Shown here piece by piece: positions 1 to 7,819 of a DNA stretch of 64,000 bases. The notes beneath the pieces are model-generated. The model saw only the letters and a program-made list of their open reading frames with translations. It made no database searches and had not been told where the DNA came from. The position numbers and the translations under genes were made by a program. The stretch covers positions 53,286 to 117,285 of the forward strand of contig CAZTQA010000002.1 of the NCBI GenBank assembly GCA_964615205.1, in the 5' to 3' direction. The DNA comes from an uncultured Candidatus Saccharibacteria bacterium (GTDB taxonomy: Bacteria; Patescibacteriota; Minisyncoccia; Minisyncoccales; JAGMDC01). Every line of letters starts with the position of its first letter. Position 1 is the first letter of the stretch.

Positions 1-2
1 GC

Positions 3-1712
3 TTACCCTTTTAGCATCTGATTTATTTTAGCTCGAGTAGAAGGTCCCACAAATCCAGTGGCTTGTTTTAAATCTAATGGTTCTAATATCTCTGAAGAAA
101 ACTTTTCTTGAAAGCGGATAACCGCTTTTTGAGTTAATGAAAGAAAATTGCCTGTAATTAATCCTTCCGGGTAAATTTCTTCCCCCTGATTTTTTAAAAA
201 TTCTTGCAGACAACGAACCTCCTCATTGTTCTGAATCCCAAAATAAAGATTATTATTTAGAGATTGGCAGTATACTTGGTTTCTTTGAGCTAAAATTGAA
301 TCTATCTTAGCTTGAATTTCAGCAATTTTGGCTTTTAATTCTGCAATACGGGCCAAAAGCTTTTCTTGCTCCTCTTCCTCTTTCTGTTGAGGCGTCTTTT
401 CAACTGTTGATACAGTAAAACTGTATCTGTGGCCGCTTTCCTCTCCATTAAATCCGATTTTCTTGGACTGAGCCAAGGGCATAATAGTTAAAGAAACATT
501 CTCATCATTAAAATCCTCTACATAAAGAATAGCCTGATCGTTTCCGTCAAATTCAATAAAACCAATACTTAATTCTCCGTTAATATCTTCTACGATATAA
601 GGGATGTGAAAATAGGCCTGGGAATTATTCTCAAATTCTATTTTTAAAACATCCTTGCCTCCGATTATTTTATGCCAATTGCCACTCCAGTCCTTTACGA
701 TATTACTGATGGAAAAAGTGGTTTCTCCATATTTAGGAATAAGAATGATTTTGGGAGAAATACGCAAATTACTTAAATTTTCATTTGAATAACAATATTT
801 TTCCCCAACAGAACAGTCATTAATTAAAAGAGCAATAACCCAATCGCTGAAAATTTGATTAAAATCTTCTTCAAATCCGTTTTCATCAAGGGCATATTCT
901 ATTGAAGAAATACCTACTTTGGATGAAGTCAAGGAATCCACTAAAATTTCTATCCCATACTGTTCTACTAAGTATTGGGTAAAAAGATTAACCACTGCGT
1001 AATCTGCTTTTTCATTAAACCATTCTGTCAAAGAATCACTGGGTGAATTCAAAAAATTTCTTACCCGGCTGGCTAAGTTGCTGTTATCGTACTTTTTATC
1101 ATAGCCCAAAAAGGTTGATGTATAATCAGCTCTGGCTTCATTGAGCCAAACTTCTTCAGAGACCCCGTGAACATTATCCTTTTGGTTGAAGGTTATCATG
1201 TGCATAAATTCATGAGCTAAATAACCTTTAAGGTTGGGACTATTAATGTGATTAAGATTAATATACAGTATTTCCCTTTCGTTAGAAGTAGGCATTAATA
1301 TCTTCTCGTATTCATCCCTAGTGTTAAAATATCCACCTACATCTTCAACCATTTGGTGGAATAAGATTGTAATATGCTCGTCATTATCTATTCCTGTTTT
1401 CCATTCTATTCCGAAAGTGGGAGTAAGAGTAGGATAGATATGCTCTTCAAATTCTTTAGATAATTCATCTAATTTTTTATTTATGTCTATTTTCTGGATA
1501 TCGCTCAAACTATTCCAATATTCATCCTCAAAATAAAAATAAAGCTGGGAGCTTTTCTCTCTTAAAGTAGCTGAAATCTCTTTTCTTCCTTCAGAATCAT
1601 AAGAAGAATCCACAAAAAAATCAGTCTTTTGACCGACATAATCAGCAGAAACAGAAAAAGGCAGGATAATAAAAAAAGCCCCTATTAATAATGTTTTTAT
1701 TCTGCTATTCAT
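3..1712 (-). CDS. Secreted zinc metallopeptidase (HExxH) with C-terminal peptidoglycan-binding domain
   Basis: Signal peptide; LAHEFMHM motif followed by WLNEARA; coiled-coil linker; C-terminal EVRCLQEFL...TGNFLSLTQKAVIRFQ typical of PG_binding_1. Confidence 0.75.
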   Translation of the reverse strand: MNSRIKTLLIGAFFIILPFSVSADYVGQKTDFFVDSSYDSEGRKEISATLREKSSQLYFYFEDEYWNSLSDIQKIDINKKLDELSKEFEEHIYPTLTPTFGIEWKTGIDNDEHITILFHQMVEDVGGYFNTRDEYEKILMPTSNEREILYINLNHINSPNLKGYLAHEFMHMITFNQKDNVHGVSEEVWLNEARADYTSTFLGYDKKYDNSNLASRVRNFLNSPSDSLTEWFNEKADYAVVNLFTQYLVEQYGIEILVDSLTSSKVGISSIEYALDENGFEEDFNQIFSDWVIALLINDCSVGEKYCYSNENLSNLRISPKIILIPKYGETTFSISNIVKDWSGNWHKIIGGKDVLKIEFENNSQAYFHIPYIVEDINGELSIGFIEFDGNDQAILYVEDFNDENVSLTIMPLAQSKKIGFNGEESGHRYSFTVSTVEKTPQQKEEEEQEKLLARIAELKAKIAEIQAKIDSILAQRNQVYCQSLNNNLYFGIQNNEEVRCLQEFLKNQGEEIYPEGLITGNFLSLTQKAVIRFQEKFSSEILEPLDLKQATGFVGPSTRAKINQMLKG

Positions 1713-1714
1713 CT

Positions 1715-2578
1715 TTATTGATTTTTAATTTGTTCTTGAAGCTGCTGGATTAACTGTGTTATTAAAACAATAATCTGCTGTTGGATTTCTTTGATTTTTT
1801 GTTTTAATTCTTCAATTGTCATTTCTTCCTTTTCCTCTTCCTCTTCTTTTTCCTCACCCTCTTCTTCCTCACCTATTTCTGAAACAACTGAAACATTAAT
1901 CCCCTCTCCGGGTTCTTCAATATTATTCCACCAGTCTGTAGCTCTTGTCTTAATGTTATAATCTCCCTCTTCCGGACTCTCCCAAACATATTCCCAAGTA
2001 AAACCGGTTTCAATACTTTCTTTGGGTTCTGCAGTTAACCAATTTTCTCCATTATTAAAAATAATTTCCACTTTTTGAACCGAGGAACCGCCTGTATCTG
2101 TAACTTGACCTTGAATAATAAAATCCTGGCCAACTAAAATTTCTTGGTCCTTTTCTAAATTAGTTACAGAAGAAACCGGAGCTTCGTCGTCTACATTTTC
2201 TTCTAATTCTGTCACATAACAGCGAACAACATTGGAAATATCAGAACTGCCGTCATCGTTTACAGCTTTCATAGCAAAAAAAACAGTCCTATCGTCGGGC
2301 AGTCCAGAAACTATAGCTTGGGTGGTTTCAGCTTCCCAGTTTTGGGAAAATTCTGTTGCCTGGCTATAATTTGAGGAATTAATATTAGCCAATGAATATT
2401 TCACTTCCCAACTCGTGGGACTGCCGCTCGGAATACCCCAGCGAAGCCAGACACCGTTGCTGACTTTGTCCTCAACGCACTGTAGATTTGTAATAGCATT
2501 AGGAGCTGCAGCTGAAACAAAATTAAGAGAAATAAAAATTCCCGCAATTATTATTGACGTGAGTATTATCTTTTTCAT
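1715..2578 (-). CDS. Secreted fibronectin type III / Ig-like domain protein
   Basis: Signal peptide; FN3-like strands (VWLRW...FFAMKAVN); Ig-like DTGGSSVQKVEI...YNIKTRATD; acidic and coiled-coil tail. Confidence 0.65.
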   Translation of the reverse strand: MKKIILTSIIIAGIFISLNFVSAAAPNAITNLQCVEDKVSNGVWLRWGIPSGSPTSWEVKYSLANINSSNYSQATEFSQNWEAETTQAIVSGLPDDRTVFFAMKAVNDDGSSDISNVVRCYVTELEENVDDEAPVSSVTNLEKDQEILVGQDFIIQGQVTDTGGSSVQKVEIIFNNGENWLTAEPKESIETGFTWEYVWESPEEGDYNIKTRATDWWNNIEEPGEGINVSVVSEIGEEEEGEEKEEEEEKEEMTIEELKQKIKEIQQQIIVLITQLIQQLQEQIKNQ

Positions 2579-2616
2579 TTATTAATTATACAATAATCAA
2601 AAAAACTCTGCAAATC

Positions 2617-2639
2617 AAAAACCGCCCCTTTCGGGACGG
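2617..2639 (-). terminator. Rho-independent terminator of the 969-aa surface protein gene
   Basis: Minus strand CCGTCCC-GAAA-GGGGCGG followed by TTTTT. Confidence 0.8.
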
Positions 2640-2670
2640 ATATTTGATTCCTCACAAGGAAAGGAAAATG

Positions 2671-5580
2671 TTACAAGTTAATGGTGATTGCGTTAGCTTC
2701 TGATTGAATGCTCCAATTTGATCCGCCAAACCCAGCATAACCGCTTGTTACAGTAACATCTGTATAAGCGTTTATGTACCATTTCTGGCTCAAATCAACT
2801 GTTCCCCAATCAGAATCGGTAAAGTCAACCCTTAATTCAATGGTTTTAGGAACTCCAATTTCAACAGTTAGATTGGTTCCAATACCAGAGAAAGCAATAG
2901 TTCCATCTGACTGACTAAGAGTTCTGGTAGTAGTAAGCTCTGTTCCATCTCCATCGTAAAGCTTGAACAATGTTGCGTCTGTGGTTCCAGTAATAGCAGT
3001 TGGTATTCCACTGTCAGTAGTAAAGGTTATAGCTGTAATAACAGCGTTTGCCAGATTGGCATCCATATTAGCAACATCCCATCTACCTACTACTGTATTA
3101 CTTGAAGGACTAACAGTTCCAGAAGGAGAATCTGATGCCTTGGTTATCTCTACCACTTTAGTGTCTAACTGGAATGTACCTCCGCTGTACGGACTGCTGA
3201 TAGCAAAATCAATAGCGGCACTGGCATCTGCATCTGTTCCGCTTTCAATACCAGTTAAGGTTAAGTTTGCCGTAGCTGCTACAGTTAAGTGGAAATCAGC
3301 AACATCACTAGTGCTACTAGGGTTACCCACTAAAAGAATATTTCTGTAAACGTTCTTTTCAAAACGAATATCAGTATCCCATGTATCAGAATCAAAAGTA
3401 AATACACCACCTGACTCTGAAACTGAATCAGTTAAAGGAGTGGTTCCATCATCAGCAAAAATCCTTAAAGCGCTAAGCTTACCAGTAGATGATGGCGTAA
3501 TAACTAAATCCTTTAATTTCATATCCTCTCTGGTAGTTCTAATCTTCAAAGCGCCAAAAACAACATTTGCGCTTGGAGTTAACACACCTTGATTGTAATG
3601 AGTTAAGGTTTTATCAGTGCTCGCAGCGCTGGTAAATGTTCCAGCAGCGTAAATCTTGATATTGGTACTAGCTACATCAGTAGCTGAGGTAATGGCTTCT
3701 CCAGATGACAAACCGGTTGCAGAATAACCGCTGAAAGTAATGGTTATTACATCATCATTAGCATCCAGGTTATCAGTAATACCCCTAACAGCTAATTTCT
3801 TGGTTGTTCCAGCAGGAACAGTCCAAGATAAAGAATATTCTTCTCCAGGATCAGCAGTCTCGGCATTTACAGTCAGTGTACTGGTAGAAACTGCGCTATA
3901 TCCATCACTGGTTACTTCATAAAGACCAACAGAACTTAAGTAATTAGTACCAGCAATATCAGGAGTACCAGCAAACAGAACATTGATGGTATCAAATATT
4001 ACAGCCTCTCCGGTTGCCTTTACATCAAATACAGCTAATGTTTGTGGAGATGTTGACTGAATCATAAAGGCATTTTGCCCTTGAGGATGATCAGCAGACA
4101 TTGCAACTGATATAGAACCAGTTCCAATAGTAACAGTATTAGCAGTGGTTGTTCCAGTGCTTGAAACATTTACACCAGAAGTAGCTCCCTTACCAATAAT
4201 AGCTCCGTCAGCAGCCACAGCCATTTTAATGGTGTTTCCGCTTCCGTTAACAATATCAGCTATTAATTCAAAGCTTTGGGAATAACCTTTAGTTAAGCTT
4301 ACTGGTGAAGTCAGATTAAAGGTAACTTTGTCATTACTTCCTAAGGTTCCAGCAGCTGTTACTGCATCTCCGCCGATTTTTCTAACTTTGAGATTAGAAA
4401 TATCAGAAGCAGAAATGGTTCCTGTGTTAGTGAATGTCATCTGATTAATAGTGACATCTTCATTAGAACCAGCAGAAACAGTGAATTTTTCTAACACAAT
4501 CTCTTTCTCTCCAATCTTGGCAGTATCCTTTGGAAGTGAACTGTATTCAGCTACAGTCAAAGTTCCAAGAGAACCAGCCGGCACAACTGTAAACACATTA
4601 CCTTTGACTGGAAAGTCACCAGTAAAGGTGGCTCCGCTTATTGCTGAAGCAGAATCAATACCCATTTGGACAGTACTCATTGTTGTTCCAGCAGCTGCAA
4701 TATTAACAGCAACACTTATCGTCCTGCTTCCTCCTTGAGGAATGGACAATTGAGGAACAATAACAAAAGTTGCTTGTCCGCCCACCAAATTCTTTTCAGT
4801 GGCTACCTCAATATTGTTTTCGTCAAGAAGCTTGACTTTAGCAATAGTAGTGGTATTGGTTTCAGCAGTTCCGTAGTTCTTTACAGTAAGACCGCTGATA
4901 GTGGTAGCTTCATCCTCACTGCCGTAAATAACGAATTTGGTTACTGTGTTAATAGCAGAACCTTTCATTACATTGGCAGATAAAGGTGTTTCTTTGGAAA
5001 GCACCACGCTTAATGGCTCAACTCCCTCCTCTTCCTCTTCCTCTTCTTCTTCCTCCTCTTCTTCTTCCTCCTCTTCTTCTTCCTCCTCAGCATCAGCTAA
5101 TAATTCGTTTAACTTTTCAATAGTAGTGTCACCGACATAACCGGTTCCAGAAGTTAAATTCCAAGGAGCCAATACATCTTCTTCATATAGCTCTTGGAAA
5201 TCAATAACCGCTGCTTTGGTCAAAGGACCAAAATAGTCAGTTTCGCTTCCTGGAGAACCAGCCCCGGTTTCAGCTACTTGTGTTCTAGAATCGCTATTTA
5301 AAACGATCTGTAAACATTCAACGTCATCGCCGGACATTCCTTGACTTAAGTGTCGGTCAAAAGCGGTGATGGAACAGCCAGAAACAGATGGAACAGTAGC
5401 GCCTTCCAATTCAGCTAACTGATTTTGAAGTTGGGTTAATTGAGATAATAAAGCATCAATTTGAACCTGAAGTTCAGCAGCAGTTAATGCTTGAGCTGGA
5501 GCAACGGCTACACTCATCATCATAACCGCGCAAGCCAAAGTAGTAGTACCGGCAACAATTTTTCTAATTAATTTAGACAT
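2671..5580 (-). CDS. Large S-layer-like surface protein with N-terminal peptidoglycan-binding domain
   Basis: Signal peptide; DDVECLQIVLN...YFGPLTKAAVIDFQ PG-binding motif; poly-Glu linker; T/S/G/A-rich beta-sandwich repeats; long leader and own terminator. Confidence 0.7.
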   Translation of the reverse strand: MSKLIRKIVAGTTTLACAVMMMSVAVAPAQALTAAELQVQIDALLSQLTQLQNQLAELEGATVPSVSGCSITAFDRHLSQGMSGDDVECLQIVLNSDSRTQVAETGAGSPGSETDYFGPLTKAAVIDFQELYEEDVLAPWNLTSGTGYVGDTTIEKLNELLADAEEEEEEEEEEEEEEEEEEEEEGVEPLSVVLSKETPLSANVMKGSAINTVTKFVIYGSEDEATTISGLTVKNYGTAETNTTTIAKVKLLDENNIEVATEKNLVGGQATFVIVPQLSIPQGGSRTISVAVNIAAAGTTMSTVQMGIDSASAISGATFTGDFPVKGNVFTVVPAGSLGTLTVAEYSSLPKDTAKIGEKEIVLEKFTVSAGSNEDVTINQMTFTNTGTISASDISNLKVRKIGGDAVTAAGTLGSNDKVTFNLTSPVSLTKGYSQSFELIADIVNGSGNTIKMAVAADGAIIGKGATSGVNVSSTGTTTANTVTIGTGSISVAMSADHPQGQNAFMIQSTSPQTLAVFDVKATGEAVIFDTINVLFAGTPDIAGTNYLSSVGLYEVTSDGYSAVSTSTLTVNAETADPGEEYSLSWTVPAGTTKKLAVRGITDNLDANDDVITITFSGYSATGLSSGEAITSATDVASTNIKIYAAGTFTSAASTDKTLTHYNQGVLTPSANVVFGALKIRTTREDMKLKDLVITPSSTGKLSALRIFADDGTTPLTDSVSESGGVFTFDSDTWDTDIRFEKNVYRNILLVGNPSSTSDVADFHLTVAATANLTLTGIESGTDADASAAIDFAISSPYSGGTFQLDTKVVEITKASDSPSGTVSPSSNTVVGRWDVANMDANLANAVITAITFTTDSGIPTAITGTTDATLFKLYDGDGTELTTTRTLSQSDGTIAFSGIGTNLTVEIGVPKTIELRVDFTDSDWGTVDLSQKWYINAYTDVTVTSGYAGFGGSNWSIQSEANAITINL
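5026..5088 (-). repeat. GAR trinucleotide tract encoding 21 Glu
   Basis: 63 nt of mixed GAA/GAG codons. Confidence 0.9.
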
Positions 5581-5805
5581 TTTTTTAATTTTTTACTGAT
5601 ATTCTTGCTTTCTCTTTTAGAAAATAGCAATTCTATCAGTAATTTTTTAACCTTTTATTTTATTACCGTTGACGACCTTTTAAGCATCTTTTAGGTATAA
5701 AGAATTCTTTGAGCTTTTAGCAAACACTTAAAAGATGTTTCTAACGGCTTTTTTTCGACCTTTAGACAACTTTCTTAAAATAGTTGTTTCAAAATAATAT
5801 TATTG

Positions 5806-6552
5806 TTAATAACCTAAAATCAAGATTTTTTCAAGGGCTTCCTGATAATTGCCTTCCTCAAACAGTTCTTTGACTTGGTCAGCTAATTCTTGCTGCATCT
5901 GGCTCAATTCCCTGCCCTCTAAATCTTTGAGTTCCCTTTCCACTAAAACCTTGTAATAATTATTGACTGAATCTTCTAATTCTTGTGTGTCAATCTTAGT
6001 AGCTAAAATTTCCTCTGCTATTTCTTTCTTCTCCTGGATGTCTTCTACTTTATTTTTAACTTCCGCGAACATATCAGAATTATTTTCAGCAAGAGCAACT
6101 TTCTTTATGGCTTCAGCTGTTTCTTTAACGCTTTTTTCCACTTCTTCCACTGCGGGAGCCAAGTTTCTGCCTTTATTTCCTTCGGCTATTTGCACTAATT
6201 CATTAAGCTTGTCCTGAGTAATCTCCATTTGAACTCTGGGCTTTTCTTCCTCTGAAGCTAAGCTTATTTTAGCTTTCTCTCCCATTCTCTTCACTGAATA
6301 AAGCATATCTCCAGGCAAAGAATCCTGACTAAAGCTAAAAGTACCCAACAAAAGGCAAAAACAAAAAGCAGTTACTAAAGCTGGTTTTAAAAAGGGCCTT
6401 ATCTCAAAAACTGAAACTAATTGGGCTATAAAAGACTGTTTTTGTTCTTGATTTTCAGATAAAATCCTGTTTTTAGCCAAAACAACCCAGTCTTCTCTGG
6501 GTTCAATATCCTGAATTTGTCTTAATTTTTGAATAAGCTCTTTTTCGGTCAT
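5806..6552 (-). CDS. DUF5667-like membrane protein, putative anti-sigma partner
   Basis: One TM segment then SLPGDMLYSVKRMGEK motif; directly downstream of an ECF sigma gene. Confidence 0.65.
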   Translation of the reverse strand: MTEKELIQKLRQIQDIEPREDWVVLAKNRILSENQEQKQSFIAQLVSVFEIRPFLKPALVTAFCFCLLLGTFSFSQDSLPGDMLYSVKRMGEKAKISLASEEEKPRVQMEITQDKLNELVQIAEGNKGRNLAPAVEEVEKSVKETAEAIKKVALAENNSDMFAEVKNKVEDIQEKKEIAEEILATKIDTQELEDSVNNYYKVLVERELKDLEGRELSQMQQELADQVKELFEEGNYQEALEKILILGY

Positions 6553-6584
6553 TTAAAAAAGAAAAACCGCTTCTATAATATTAA

Positions 6585-6611
6585 GACGGATTTAATCCCC
6601 TTTTTGTTACA
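6585..6611 (-). promoter_or_regulatory. ECF-type promoter TGTAAC-N17-CGTC
   Basis: Matches the AAC/CGT consensus of ECF promoters; lies between the sigma stop codon and the putative anti-sigma start. Confidence 0.55.
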
Positions 6612-6612
6612 C

Positions 6613-7107
6613 CTAAGCCAGTTCTTTTTTAAGGGCTTTCAATCCCCTGTGCAGCATAATCCTAATATTTCCTTCTGTTTTGTCCATAACTTCAGCTATT
6701 TCTCTAATGGGCATATCTTCAATATAATGGCAGAAAACCACATCTTGATACTCTGGCTTTATCTTAGATAAAGCTAACTTTATTTGTTCAAAATCTGATT
6801 TAGAAAAAACCTGTTCTTCTAAATTCTCCCTGTCTTCCAATTCCGGGCAATCATCAACTGAAACTGTCTTAATTTTGTTTTTTTCCCTATAATGGTCAGC
6901 TACCATATTTCTAGCTATCTGAAAAATAAAGGCCTGGGGATTTTTTATGTCTTGTTTTGAATTTAAGCTATGCCAAAAACGGGTAAAAACCTCTGAACAA
7001 AGATCTTCAGCTGTTTCTGAAGAATCCACTTTTAAAAGCACAAATCTATAGACCTTGGCAATATAACTATCATATATTTGACTGAATTTTTGGCTTATAC
7101 TCTCCAT
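6613..7107 (-). CDS. ECF RNA polymerase sigma factor
   Basis: Region 2 AEDLCSEVFTRFW...FIFQIARNMVADHYR; region 4 IREIAEVMDKTEGNIRIMLHRGLKALK. Confidence 0.92.
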   Translation of the reverse strand: MESISQKFSQIYDSYIAKVYRFVLLKVDSSETAEDLCSEVFTRFWHSLNSKQDIKNPQAFIFQIARNMVADHYREKNKIKTVSVDDCPELEDRENLEEQVFSKSDFEQIKLALSKIKPEYQDVVFCHYIEDMPIREIAEVMDKTEGNIRIMLHRGLKALKKELA

Positions 7108-7117
7108 AATTTGGTTT

Positions 7118-7194
7118 TGTCATATGACACTATGTCTAAACGTCATATGACAAAGGAATTATGTCATATGACATACATATTCTGTCATATGACA
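7118..7194. repeat. Four phased palindromes TGTCATATGACA (putative operator array)
   Basis: Copies start at 7118, 7141 (first base C), 7162 and 7183; spacing 23/21/21 bp. Confidence 0.85.
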
Positions 7195-7722
7195 TTACCC
7201 TAATTCGTAAAATGTATTACTAAAATCCCCTCTTAGTTTGATTAAACCTTTATTTTTCAAAAAAACAACATCCCTTTGAATAGTTCTTTTGCTTACTTTG
7301 GAAAAGTAATTCTGAATTTCCTTTAGCTGAACTCTCTTTTTCTCTTCTATAATAGCTAATATTTCCTTCTGGCGTTGAGAGATTTCTTTTGGGTTAGCTT
7401 TTTTTTCTTCAAAATAACTTTTCAATTCACTATATATTTTATCATATTCTCTCTGAAGTACCAAGAAATTGGAGGGTTTGGTTAATGACTTAGCAACAGC
7501 TGAATCAAAACATTCCTTAAGATTTTCTATATTCTTAGCTGTTTCTTTTGCCAGATAGATATCTTCAGCATTTGACCTCCTGCTACTCTGAAAAACAATA
7601 AGGTTACCCAGAATATTATTCACCTGGCCCCTTATATCCCCTCTCAAGGGTTCTTCTTTAGGAAAAACATCTGTCACCTTGTAAACAGCAAAACTTAAAT
7701 TAATAATTTGTTCTCTATTCAT
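7195..7722 (-). CDS. Four-helix-bundle plus C-terminal DeoR-like winged HTH protein
   Basis: N-terminal LSFAVYKVTDVFPKEEPLR (four-helix-bundle/IVP-like); C-terminal ISQRQKEIL...VSKRTIQRDVVFLKNKGLI HTH. Confidence 0.75.
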   Translation of the reverse strand: MNREQIINLSFAVYKVTDVFPKEEPLRGDIRGQVNNILGNLIVFQSSRRSNAEDIYLAKETAKNIENLKECFDSAVAKSLTKPSNFLVLQREYDKIYSELKSYFEEKKANPKEISQRQKEILAIIEEKKRVQLKEIQNYFSKVSKRTIQRDVVFLKNKGLIKLRGDFSNTFYELG

Positions 7723-7780
7723 GGTTAAGTAATAAAAAAGCCGCTTCTATTTATAATACTAATAAAAACAGCTCCGTCAA

Positions 7781-7819
7781 CCTGTGGATAATTAAGTAAA
7801 CTCACGATCGTGAGATTAC
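7781..7819. repeat. 39-bp direct repeat copy A (DnaA-box sequence plus CTCACGATCGTGAG palindrome)
   Basis: 37/39 identical to 11975-12013; contains TGTGGATAA at 7783-7791. Confidence 0.9.

Noticed and set aside
2963-5140. Plus-strand ORFs antisense to the S-layer-like gene, and similar short antisense ORFs across the window
   Set aside because: Shadow frames of strongly biased coding sequence with no recognisable motifs
7118-7194. Mini CRISPR array
   Set aside because: Repeats are 12 bp and spacers 9-11 bp, far below CRISPR dimensions; no cas1 or effector genes in the window
7195-7722. Avd of a diversity-generating retroelement
   Set aside because: No reverse transcriptase and no template/variable repeat pair with adenine-specific mismatches was seen
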